DNA of 64,000 nucleotides from an uncultured Gammaproteobacteria bacterium (GTDB lineage Bacteria; Pseudomonadota; Gammaproteobacteria; UBA9214): NCBI GenBank assembly GCA_942491995.1, contig CALOCX010000003.1, positions 139,710 to 203,709 of the forward strand, read 5' to 3'. Shown piece by piece: positions 6,838 to 16,179 of this stretch (position 1 is its first letter; each line of letters starts with the position of its first letter). The notes under the pieces were generated by a model. It saw only the letters and a program-made list of their open reading frames with translations, ran no database searches and was not told where the DNA came from. The position numbers and the translations under genes were made by a program.

Positions 6838-9799
6838 ATGCAAACCTTTCTTAAAGACCTGCTTTTAGGTGTTTTTCTTGTCTGCCTGACGCTGGCCTTC
6901 ACTACTTTCGTGAAGGCTGCCGACGTCGTTCCAACCGAGATCCAGATGCCCGGCACCCAGCCGAATGAAGTCGGCAACTTCGAATCACCGGACAAGTGCG
7001 ACAACTGTCATGCGGGCTATAATAACCTCGCACCGGAGCCGAGCCAGCCACCGGCTGGCGTGGCAGCATGCCATGGGCAATGCCGGACGCGACCCGATGT
7101 TCTGGGCAACGCTGGGTATTGCCGAGCAGGATTTTGATGGCTCTGGCGATCTCTGTATCCGCTGTCACAGCGCCGGCGGCTGGTACGGTGGACGCTCCAC
7201 CCCAACCGATGGCTCCGGCCTGGCTGCCTCTGATGACAACGGTATCGACTGCGATACCTGTCATGCCATGACCAATACTGACAATTCTGAACACCAGGGG
7301 GTGATGAACTCACCGCTTTATCGCCAACTGTCGATGAAATGTGCCGGACAAGTGTTCTACCACCGGTTCGAGGGTGAAGGTTTCTATGGCAGCGGCATGA
7401 CATCCCTGTGGAACGGCAGTGACAAGCTCGGTCCATATTCCGATGCTGCAGCCCGCCACCAGTTTATGCAGTCAGATTTCCACCGCAGTGTTGACTTCTG
7501 TGGCACCTGCCACGATGTCTCCAACTCGGCGGTCGGCGACCTGGCGCCCGGCAATGGTGCACAGACCGGCGCACCACACGTTGTTTCCAGCCAGGACTTC
7601 AACGGCGGCATAGCAAACCTGGGTGGTCCAGTAGAAGAAAAAGCGGCCTTCAATAATCCGCCCTATGCTTATGGCATCGTCGAGCGTACTTTCAGTGAAT
7701 ACAAGGCCAGCGCGTTCCCTACCACGCTGGTCTCAGAGTTCACCAGCCTGCCACCTGACCTGAAGGGCCGGTGGCTCTCTGGACGCCACCTACCAGGCGG
7801 CACTGCTCGCCGGTACCGGCGGTAATTACGAAGATGGACGACCCGCGTTACTTCAGCTGCCAGAGCTGTCATATGCGCCCTGTCGAGAGCAAAGGCTGCA
7901 ACAAGAACGGCGCGCCAACCCGCAAAGATATGCCGATGCATGACCAGACCGGCGGCAACTACTGGTTCGCCAATATGACCCAATACCAGGATAACGCAGG
8001 CACCTTACGCCTCGGCGGCGGCCTCAGCGGCAACCAGATCCTGGCGATGGATCTGGGCCAGCAGCGTGCAGTCAAACACCTGCAACAGGCTGGCGACCCT
8101 GCGGTCAATGGCAACACCCTGAAAGTCGTCAACCTGACCGGCCATAAGCTGATTACCGGTTACCCGGAAGGCCGACGCATGTGGCTCAATATCAAATGGT
8201 ATGAGCAACAATGCCCTGGTTCGCGAAGATGGCGCCTATGGTCCAATCGGTGTAAGATACCCGAATCCGGCCGGCGGCCCGGATGTCGAAGTCGAATCGA
8301 TCCTCGACCTGGATGATCCAAACACCAGGATCTACGAAGCGCATTACGCGATGACCAAGGAATGGGCGGATACCTTGCTGGCCGTTGGCAAACCCGCCGA
8401 CCTGCCATTGAGTTTCGATCGCACTACCGGCGCTGTTGACTTCACTTTGGGCGACCTGGCCGCACAACCTGCTGGCACTCACCATGAAACATTCCACTTT
8501 GTGCTGAATAACAAAGTGGTCAAGGACAATCGCATTCCACCTTATGGCATGAGCTATGACATTGCTAAAAACGTAATGCGCTGCCGGTACCTGCCAGAAC
8601 CAGTACGGCAACCCGGGGCCGGGCGGTACCTATGAATACTGGGATGAGATCGATCTCAATGCACTGAAACCTGCGAGTGCCGTCTATGCCGAGATCGACC
8701 TGCTCTACCAGGGCACCAGCTGGGAGTATATCCAGTTCCTCGACAAGGCAAACACAGGGCAGAATGCCTTCCTCGGTGAAGAAGGCACCAACATGCTCGA
8801 TGCCTGGATCAATGCAGAAGTACCTGTGGCGATGGAAGTGGCGGGTGACCGCAAGATGGTACCGCCGGTGGTGATGAAATCCACCACCTGGGGTACACCG
8901 CCAACAGGCAACAATGCACCAGCATGCACGATCGACAGCCCTGCTGGCAATACCAGCATCGATGAAGGCCAGTCAGTCAGTTATGCGGGCTCCGCCACGG
9001 ATAGTGACGGTACCATTGCCTCGTGGTCATGGACATTTGCTGGCGGCACACCTGGCAGCGCCTCCGTCGAAGAACCCAGCTGGTCATTCGACCTATACAC
9101 AGCTGGTGTTTACACCCACGACCGGATCACTGCCACCGATAACGGTGACAGTACTGCTACAAGGTCACGTCCTGGTACGGTTCAGATAACGGTCAACTGC
9201 GTGTCCGGCGTCAACAATGCCCCAGTGGCAAACGATGACAGCTACAGTGTCGATCAGGATACGGTGTTGAATATTGCAGCGTCCGGTGTACTCGGCAAGA
9301 CAGTGATGCCGATGGTGACTATCACTGCTGCAGTACAGTTATCCAGGGCTGCTAACGGTATCGCAACACTGTAACGGCAGACCAGGTCATCAGCTATACA
9401 CCGGTGAGCGGCCACGGTGGTACGACACAGGCTTCAGCGGTTAATATATTGCTGTCTCCGCTGCGGCCACAGGAATCATCACCGTCAACAGCGTTGGCCA
9501 GATGGCCTCGAGTGACATACACCGACAAAGGGGACTGTAACAATGATGCCAACTGTGAATGGCAGGGCAGTCCCAGGAATGGCTCCTGTGTCGATGTCGC
9601 TGCCTGCACTCCGACGGAAACACAGGAACTGTCATGCGCTGACGGCATCGACAATGACTGTGACGGTCTGGTCGACGGTGCCGATTCAGACTGCGGCATA
9701 CCCGCTGACTGTTCGCAATACGATGGCAACCCGGCAGCCTGCCAGAATGATCCGGTCTGTCGCTGGAACAAGAGGAACAATATCTGCCTGAACCGCTAA
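6838..9799 (+). pseudogene. Secreted multi-domain multiheme cytochrome c (at least 5 CxxCH) fused to PKD-like and cadherin-like domains and a Cys-rich C-terminal domain; at least 8 frameshifts (pseudogene or local sequence errors)
   Basis: Six consecutive same-strand ORFs in frames 1,2,1,2,3,2 (6838, 6965, 7771, 8201, 8793, 9404). Carry a signal peptide, heme motifs CDNCH, CIRCH, CDTCH, CGTCH and CQSCH, plus MHDQTGGNYW and KDNRIPPYG. Protein-like reading continues across frame switches near 7055, 7775, 7838, 8200, 8578, 9299, 9320 and 9370. Confidence 0.7.
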
Positions 9800-9872
9800 A
9801 CGGCTTACCGTAGTGGGGGGCGTCCCATTGGGGCGCCTCCACCAGCACGGGTAGTTCAAGTTTGGTCTCCGT

Positions 9873-9903
9873 GGGCTGGGATTCGAAATCCTGGCCCCTT
9901 TTT
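9873..9903 (+). terminator. Terminator-like hairpin 1 downstream of the cytochrome gene
   Basis: GGGCTGGG-ATTCGAAAT-CCTGGCCC stem (2 G.U pairs) followed by CTTTTT. Confidence 0.45.
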
Positions 9904-9906
9904 CGA

Positions 9907-9931
9907 GGGCGGTTTACCCCGCCCTTTTTTT
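9907..9931 (+). terminator. Rho-independent terminator 2 downstream of the cytochrome gene
   Basis: GGGCGG-TTTACC-CCGCCC perfect 6-bp stem followed by 7 T at 9925-9931. Confidence 0.75.
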
Positions 9932-10198
9932 ACAAGATTCCCTGCGTGTCGCGGGGTATGTGTCGCAGGTCTTGGGCTGGGGGGCTGGAAACAGGTATGA
10001 TGCGGCGCTTACTCAAATCGAACCGGACACACATCGCCAGTTAGCCGCCATACAGAAAGAAAATCTCTCGCCAGGACGCAAAGGCACCATGAAAGAAAAG
10101 TATCAGGGTGCTTTTGTAAACGCCATATACCTTTGCGATCTTTGCGTCATGGCGAGAAAATGACTGCCTTTATCGACGGACACTAGTTAAAAAGTACA

Positions 10199-10840
10199 GT
10201 GACGCAGAACAACAACACAACCCTCGAGGCCCATGAACTGACGTGCATCCGCGATGACCGTACCCTCTTCAGTAACCTGGAATTCAGGATCGAACGCGGC
10301 CAGGCGCTGGTACTGGAAGGCCGCAACGGCAGCGGCAAGACCTCGCTGTTGCGCATCCTCTGCGGCATCCGGCTGCCGGATGCCGGCTCGGTCACCTGGA
10401 GCGGGACGGATATCGGCAAGCTGGGGCCGGATTATCACGTACACACGGCCTATGTCGGCCACCGCGACGGCATCAAGCTCGACCTGACGCCGCTGGAGAA
10501 CCTCGCCATGGCGCGCGCGCTGGGCAAACCGAATGACACCACGCTTGAGGCAGCGCTGGAAAAGGTCGACCTGTACGGCTTCGAGGATGTGCTGACGCGC
10601 AACCTGTCGGCCGGTCAGCAGCGCCGCCTGGCACTGGCACGCCTGCTGGTCACCGACACCGTGCTCTGGATCCTGGATGAACCGTTTACCTCGCTTGATG
10701 TGCACGGCATCCAGGTCATCGAGGAACTGCTGGACCAGCACACCTCCAGTGGTGGCATGATTGCCGTCACCTCGCACCACGCCGTCAATCTGGCGAATAC
10801 CCGCACCCAGCGCATCAACCTGTCGGAACCGGCCGCATGA
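10199..10840 (+). CDS. ccmA: Heme exporter ATP-binding protein CcmA
   Basis: GRNGSGKTSLLRILCG Walker A and LSAGQQRRLALARL signature, ~210 aa. First gene of a ccmABCDEFGHI run; GTG start. Confidence 0.9.
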   Translation: MTQNNNTTLEAHELTCIRDDRTLFSNLEFRIERGQALVLEGRNGSGKTSLLRILCGIRLPDAGSVTWSGTDIGKLGPDYHVHTAYVGHRDGIKLDLTPLENLAMARALGKPNDTTLEAALEKVDLYGFEDVLTRNLSAGQQRRLALARLLVTDTVLWILDEPFTSLDVHGIQVIEELLDQHTSSGGMIAVTSHHAVNLANTRTQRINLSEPAA

Positions 10841-11520
10841 CGTCCGATTCCCTGCTACGCGCCTTTACCCTGCTGCTGAAGCGCGACCTGACGCTGGCAA
10901 TGCGGCACCGCGCGGAAATGATTAACCCGCTGCTGTTCTTCGTACTGGTTACCAGCCTGTTTCCGCTCGGCATCGGCGCCGACCCGAAACTGCTGCAGGC
11001 CGTGGGCCCGGGCGTCATCTGGGTGGCCGCCCTGCTCGCGGCGCTACTGTCGCTGGAAGGCATCTTCCGCTCCGATTTCGAGGACGGCACGCTGGAGCAG
11101 TTCCTGCTCAGCTCGCACCCGGTGTCGGTGCTGGTGCTCGCCAAGGTGCTGGCGCACTGGCTGATCACCGGTCTGCCACTGCTGGTCATCTCGCCGTTGC
11201 TGGGGGTCCTGCTGGGACTGCCGGGTGATGCCATCATCATCCTGCTGGTGACACTGACACTGGGCACACCGGTACTGAGCCTGATCGGCGCCGTCGGCGT
11301 GGCCCTCACGGTGGGACTGCGCAAGGGGGGGATGATACTGTCGCTGCTCGTGCTACCATTATACGTTCCGTTATTGATATTTGCGGCCAGTGCCGTGGAC
11401 ACAGCGGCAGCCGGCCTTCCGGTTACCGCCCATTTATCGCTGATCAGCGCATTACTGGTGCTGTCCCTGAGCCTGTCGCCACTGGCAACCGCCGCGGCGT
11501 TACGCATAAGTTTGAGTTGA
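10837..11520 (+). CDS. ccmB: Heme exporter membrane protein CcmB
   Basis: 227-aa polytopic membrane protein; start overlaps the ccmA stop (ATGA). Confidence 0.88.
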   Translation: MTSDSLLRAFTLLLKRDLTLAMRHRAEMINPLLFFVLVTSLFPLGIGADPKLLQAVGPGVIWVAALLAALLSLEGIFRSDFEDGTLEQFLLSSHPVSVLVLAKVLAHWLITGLPLLVISPLLGVLLGLPGDAIIILLVTLTLGTPVLSLIGAVGVALTVGLRKGGMILSLLVLPLYVPLLIFAASAVDTAAAGLPVTAHLSLISALLVLSLSLSPLATAAALRISLS

Positions 11521-11521
11521 T

Positions 11522-12262
11522 ATGTTCAATAATTTCTTTCACAAAATGGCGTCCCCGAAATACTTCTACAGTATTGCCGGGATACTGATTCCGTGGCTCG
11601 CCGCGGGCAGCGCACTGCTGTTCCTCGCCGGTCTGTACTATGGCCTGGTGAAGGCGCCACCGGACTACCAGCAGGGCGACAGCTACCGCATCATGTTCAT
11701 CCATGTGCCGGCCGCATGGATGTCGATGTTCGTTTATATGGTCATGGCGGGCGCCGGTGCCATCGGCCTCATCTGGCGCATCAAGCTGGCGGAGGTCGTT
11801 GCCATCAGCAGCGCACCCATCGGCGCCTGGTTCACCTTCCTGGCACTGGTCACCGGTTCGATCTGGGGCAAGCCGATGTGGGGCACGTGGTGGGTCTGGG
11901 ATGCACGCCTGACGTCCGAGCTGATCCTGCTGTTCCTGTACCTCGGTGTGATCGCACTCTATAACGCCATCGACGACAAGCGCACCGCGGCACGTGCGGT
12001 GGCCATCCTGGCACTGGTCGGTGTCGTCAACATCCCCATCATTCACTACTCGGTCGAATGGTGGAATACCCTGCACCAGGGGCCGACGATCACCAAGCTC
12101 GACAAGCCGTCGATCCATCTCAGCATGCTGATACCGCTGCTGCTGATGGCTTTCGCCTTCAAGCTGTATTACATCTTCGTGGTGCTGATGCGCGCGCGCT
12201 GCGAGGTACTGGAGCGCGAGCGCAATACCGGCTGGGTCAGGGAACTTGCGGAGACAAAATGA
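11522..12262 (+). CDS. ccmC: Heme exporter protein CcmC
   Basis: WGTWWVWDARLTSELILLFLY tryptophan-rich WWD motif, in a 246-aa membrane protein. Confidence 0.92.
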   Translation: MFNNFFHKMASPKYFYSIAGILIPWLAAGSALLFLAGLYYGLVKAPPDYQQGDSYRIMFIHVPAAWMSMFVYMVMAGAGAIGLIWRIKLAEVVAISSAPIGAWFTFLALVTGSIWGKPMWGTWWVWDARLTSELILLFLYLGVIALYNAIDDKRTAARAVAILALVGVVNIPIIHYSVEWWNTLHQGPTITKLDKPSIHLSMLIPLLLMAFAFKLYYIFVVLMRARCEVLERERNTGWVRELAETK

Positions 12263-12432
12263 ATCTGAATGACTTCTTTCACATGGGTGGCTATGCGTTC
12301 TACGTGTGGACATCCTATGGCATTGCCCTGTTCGTGCTGCTGATCAACGTGATCCTGCCAATACTGCAGCGCAAGAAGATACTGGGCAACATTGCCCGTG
12401 CGGCCAAACGAGCCCGGAGAAATACTGCATGA
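12259..12432 (+). CDS. ccmD: Heme exporter protein CcmD (57 aa)
   Basis: MNLNDFFHMGGYAFYVWTSYGIALFVLLINVILPILQRKKILGNIARAAKRARRNTA, single-TM small protein. ATGA overlaps with both ccmC and ccmE. Below the track size cutoff in this frame. Confidence 0.8.
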   Translation: MNLNDFFHMGGYAFYVWTSYGIALFVLLINVILPILQRKKILGNIARAAKRARRNTA

Positions 12433-12890
12433 CACCGAAACGCAAGAAACGCCTGGCGCTGATCCTGCTGATGGTCGTGGGCGTGGCCATCGCCGCCGGC
12501 TTTGCACTCAAGGCCTTCAACGAGAACCTGATGTTCTTCTACACACCGTCCGATGTGGCATCCGACGAGGCACCGTTCAATCACCCCATCCGCGTTGGTG
12601 GACTGGTCACCACCGGCAGCGTGCAACGCCAGTCTGATGGACTCACGGTACTGTTTGACATTACCGACAATGCCGAGACCATCACCGTGCAGTACACCGG
12701 TATCCTCCCGGACCTGTTCCGCGAGGGCCAGGGCATCGTGGCGCTGGGCGAGCTCGGCAGGGATCGCCTGTTCATCGCCAGCGAGGTGCTCGCCAAGCAT
12801 GATGAAAATTACATGCCACCGGAAGTGGCGGACGCACTCAAAGCCACGCACGATGCCGGCGTCGGGGGTGCAGCGGAGCAGGCATACTGA
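12429..12890 (+). CDS. ccmE: Cytochrome c-type biogenesis heme chaperone CcmE
   Basis: MTPKRKKRLALILLMVVGVAIAAGFAL..., N-terminal anchor plus OB-fold region (FDITDNAETITVQYTGILPDLFREGQGIVALGEL). Start at ATG 12429 overlapping the ccmD stop. Confidence 0.9.
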   Translation: MTPKRKKRLALILLMVVGVAIAAGFALKAFNENLMFFYTPSDVASDEAPFNHPIRVGGLVTTGSVQRQSDGLTVLFDITDNAETITVQYTGILPDLFREGQGIVALGELGRDRLFIASEVLAKHDENYMPPEVADALKATHDAGVGGAAEQAY

Positions 12891-12932
12891 TCGTTGCCGG
12901 CACAACAGATCACAACGGTGCATGCATGAATG

Positions 12933-13076
12933 GCGCTTACTTAATGAAAATCTCGCCACGGAAGCACACGGAAAAACACGCAATAAAAATGTCTTACAAG
13001 AAATATTTCCGTGTCCTTCCGTGTGCTTCCGTGGCTAATCAGATGTTTTTATAGCCGACACCACTTAAGTAAGCAC
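12933..13076. repeat. Nested palindromic (MITE-like) element in the ccmE-ccmF spacer
   Basis: Outer inverted repeat GCTTACTTAA 12935-12944 / TTAAGTAAGC 13065-13074. Inner perfect 19-bp inverted repeat GCCACGGAAGCACACGGAA 12955-12973 / TTCCGTGTGCTTCCGTGGC 13017-13035, with AT-rich 43-nt centre. Accounts for the 259-bp gap in an otherwise tightly coupled operon. Confidence 0.7.
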
Positions 13077-13148
13077 CCTGCGGTGCGTGCATAACAAACA
13101 ACCAATCCTTTCTCTCAGAGAGAGGGTGTATTAGAGAGGAGCGCAGCC

Positions 13149-15152
13149 ATGACACCTGAACTCGGTAATTTCGCACTCATCCTGGGACTGTGCATGTCAC
13201 TGGTGCTGTCCATCTTTCCGCTGATCGGCAGTCTCAACAACACCCCGGGCTGGGTGGCACTGGCCAAACCCGCCGCCTTCGGGCAGCTGTTCTTCGTCGC
13301 GATCTCGTTCGCGGTGCTGGTGGCCGCCTTCATCAACAACGATTTTTCCGTGCTCTACGTCGCGCAAAACGGCAACACCCAGCTGCCGCTGCTGTACAAG
13401 ATCTCCGCGGTGTGGGGGGCCCACGAGGGTTCGCTGCTGTTGTGGGCACTGATACTGAGCGGCTGGACGGTGGCCGTTGCCCTGTTCAGCCGTGCACTGC
13501 CGCCGGAAATCGTGGCGCGGGTGCTGTCGGTGATGGGCATGGTCAGCATCGGTTTCATGTCGTTCCTGCTGTTCACCTCCAACCCGTTCGACCGCGTCTT
13601 TCCGGTGCCGTTTGAAGGCGGTGACCTGAACCCGCTGCTGCAGGACTTTGGACTGGCGGTACACCCGCCCATGCTCTACATGGGCTATGTCGGCCTGTCC
13701 GTGGCCTTCAGTTTTGCCATCGCCGCCCTCATCGGCGGCAAGCTGGATGCTGCCTGGGCGCGCTGGTCACGTCCCTGGACCATGGTCGCCTGGGTGTTCC
13801 TGACCATCGGCATCACCCTTGGCAGCTGGTGGGCCTACTACGAACTGGGCTGGGGCGGCTGGTGGTTCTGGGATCCGGTCGAGAATGCCTCGTTCATGCC
13901 GTGGCTGGCGGCCACCGCCTTGATCCATTCGCTCGCGGTGACCGAGAAACGCGGCGCCTTCAAACGCTGGACGGTACTGCTGGCACTGCTGGCCTTCTCG
14001 CTGAGCCTGCTCGGGACCTTCCTGGTGCGCTCCGGCGTACTCACCTCGGTGCACTCGTTTGCCGCTGACCCGGCGCGCGGCCTGTTCATCCTGATATTCC
14101 TGTGCATCGTCATTGGTGGTTCACTGGCACTGTATGCGTGGCGCGCACCGAATGTATCCAGCGGCGGTGGCTTCGACCTGCTGTCACGCGAAACCCTGCT
14201 GCTCGGCAACAACCTGCTGCTGGTGGTGATTACCGCCTTCATCCTGCTGGGCACACTGGCACCGCTGATTTACGACGCCATGGGCTGGGGCAAGATCTCG
14301 GTCGGCTTTCCCTGGTTCACGGCCATGTTCGTCATCTTCACCCCTTTCCTGGTGATCATCATGGGCATCGGGCCACTGGCGCGCTGGAAAAAACAGGACC
14401 CCGGTGATATCGCACGGCAACTGCGCATCGCGCTGCTGCTGAGTATCGCTGCCGGTGTACTGATGGCACTGCCACTGTTCCACGAAGGCAATATCTGGAC
14501 CGGTCTGGCGGTCATGCTGTCAGTGTGGATCGTGGCATCGCTGGTACTGAGCCTGCAGCAGCGCTACCGCTATCGCAAGGGTATTGCCGGCATGCTGCGC
14601 GACCTGGGTTCCCGCGGCAGTGGCAGTTACTACGGCATGGTGATTGCGCACCTCGGTGTGGCCTTTTTCATTATCGGGGTGACGTTCGTTACCCAGTTCG
14701 ATGTTGAGCAGGATATCCGCATGTCGCCGGGACAGACGGCCGAACTCGGTGGTCACACCTTCAGGTTTGATGGTGTAAAGGTCGTGCAGGGCCCCAACTA
14801 CCGGGCAGACCGCGGCACCCTCCACGTCTTCAAGGACGACAGGGAAATCGCCGTGCTGCACCCGGAGAAGCGCACCTACACGGTACAGACCAAGCCGATG
14901 ACCGAGGCCGGCATCGACCCCGGCTTCACCCGCGATATCTATGTATCACTGGGTGAATCCCTTGGCGGTGGCGACTGGAGCCTGCGGCTGTATTACAAGC
15001 CGTTCGTGCGCTGGATCTGGCTGGGCGGCATCCTGATCGCCATTGGTGGCTTGCTGGCGGCATCGGACAAGCGCTACCGCATGGCCAGGGTGAGCAGCAC
15101 GGCACCTGCACAGGCCACCTCGAAGCGACTGGTCACGGAGGCCCGCTCCTGA
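13149..15152 (+). CDS. ccmF: Cytochrome c-type biogenesis heme lyase subunit CcmF
   Basis: 667-aa polytopic membrane protein with conserved WGGWWFWDPVEN (WWD-like) region. RBS GAGAGGAG. Confidence 0.93.
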   Translation: MTPELGNFALILGLCMSLVLSIFPLIGSLNNTPGWVALAKPAAFGQLFFVAISFAVLVAAFINNDFSVLYVAQNGNTQLPLLYKISAVWGAHEGSLLLWALILSGWTVAVALFSRALPPEIVARVLSVMGMVSIGFMSFLLFTSNPFDRVFPVPFEGGDLNPLLQDFGLAVHPPMLYMGYVGLSVAFSFAIAALIGGKLDAAWARWSRPWTMVAWVFLTIGITLGSWWAYYELGWGGWWFWDPVENASFMPWLAATALIHSLAVTEKRGAFKRWTVLLALLAFSLSLLGTFLVRSGVLTSVHSFAADPARGLFILIFLCIVIGGSLALYAWRAPNVSSGGGFDLLSRETLLLGNNLLLVVITAFILLGTLAPLIYDAMGWGKISVGFPWFTAMFVIFTPFLVIIMGIGPLARWKKQDPGDIARQLRIALLLSIAAGVLMALPLFHEGNIWTGLAVMLSVWIVASLVLSLQQRYRYRKGIAGMLRDLGSRGSGSYYGMVIAHLGVAFFIIGVTFVTQFDVEQDIRMSPGQTAELGGHTFRFDGVKVVQGPNYRADRGTLHVFKDDREIAVLHPEKRTYTVQTKPMTEAGIDPGFTRDIYVSLGESLGGGDWSLRLYYKPFVRWIWLGGILIAIGGLLAASDKRYRMARVSSTAPAQATSKRLVTEARS

Positions 15153-15691
15153 TGACACGCTACCTGCGTTACCTGGTGCCGCTCGCCATCTTTATCGTGC
15201 TGGTGGCGTTTCTTTACCGCGGCCTGAGCCTCGACCCGAAGCGGGTCCCCTCGCCACTGGTCGGCAAACCGATGCCGGAATTTTCCCTGCCGCGCCTGAA
15301 GGACCCGACGGCCACACTCAGTAACAACGACCTCATGGGCAAGGTCTCCATCCTCAACATCTGGGCCACCTGGTGCGTCTCCTGCCGCGCCGAACATGAG
15401 GTGTTACTGCTGCTGGCAAAGACCGGCAAGGTCGATATCTACGGCCTCAATTACAAGGATGAACGTGACAAGGCACAGCAGTGGCTGGCGCAACTCGGCG
15501 ATCCCTACATCGCCAATGCCTTTGATGCCGATGGCCGCGTGGGCATCGACTGGGGCGTGTATGGCGCACCGGAGACCTTCATTACCGACCGCCAGGGCAT
15601 CATCCGCCACAAGCATATCGGTCCGCTCACGGTCGATTCCCTGAACAATGAGATTTTGCCACTGATCGCGGAGCTGCAATCCACCCCATGA
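15152..15691 (+). CDS. ccmG: Thiol:disulfide interchange protein CcmG/DsbE
   Basis: WATWCVSCRAEH thioredoxin-like CxxC motif in a 179-aa protein with N-terminal anchor. ATG overlaps the ccmF stop. Confidence 0.9.
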   Translation: MTRYLRYLVPLAIFIVLVAFLYRGLSLDPKRVPSPLVGKPMPEFSLPRLKDPTATLSNNDLMGKVSILNIWATWCVSCRAEHEVLLLLAKTGKVDIYGLNYKDERDKAQQWLAQLGDPYIANAFDADGRVGIDWGVYGAPETFITDRQGIIRHKHIGPLTVDSLNNEILPLIAELQSTP

Positions 15692-16179
15692 TGAAAAGAA
15701 TCGTTTCCGTTATTGCACTGTGCCTGTTGCTCGGCACGGGCACAGCACAGGCCGGGGTCACACTTGAAGCGTTCAAGTTTGAGACCAAGGCAGAAGAACA
15801 ACACTTCAAGGACCTGATCGAGGAACTGCGCTGCCTCGTATGCCAGAACCAGTCGCTGGCCGACTCGGATGCCGAACTCGCCCATGACCTGCGCGCCGAG
15901 GTCTATGACATGATCCAGGCGGGCAACAGTGATGACGAGATCGTCGAGTTCCTGGTCGCTCGCTATGGTGACTTTGTGCTTTACAATCCACCGGTGAAGC
16001 CAGCCAACTACCTCATCTGGTTCGGCCCGTTCGTGCTGCTGCTGGTTGCCGGCTTCCTGCTGCTGCGCGCCATACGCCGCCAGAAACGTACCGCGGCCAC
16101 TGATATTACGCCCGAGCAACGCGCCAGACTGGATGCCGCGCTGGGTAACACCCCGCCTCAACAGGACAAGCAACAATGA
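15688..16179 (+). CDS. ccmH: Cytochrome c-type biogenesis protein CcmH (CcmL/CycL type)
   Basis: Signal peptide, LRCLVCQNQSLADSDAELAHDLR (LRCxxC motif) and C-terminal TM segment. Confidence 0.88.
   Translation: MMKRIVSVIALCLLLGTGTAQAGVTLEAFKFETKAEEQHFKDLIEELRCLVCQNQSLADSDAELAHDLRAEVYDMIQAGNSDDEIVEFLVARYGDFVLYNPPVKPANYLIWFGPFVLLLVAGFLLLRAIRRQKRTAATDITPEQRARLDAALGNTPPQQDKQQ

Noticed and set aside
9829-9903. tRNA or tmRNA-like 3' fragment (GGGATTCGAAATCC resembles a T-arm)
   Set aside because: The 5-bp T-stem would need two G.U pairs. No acceptor stem complementary to GCCCCTT, no D-arm or anticodon arm, and no CCA context. Better explained as a terminator hairpin with a U-run, followed by a second canonical terminator.
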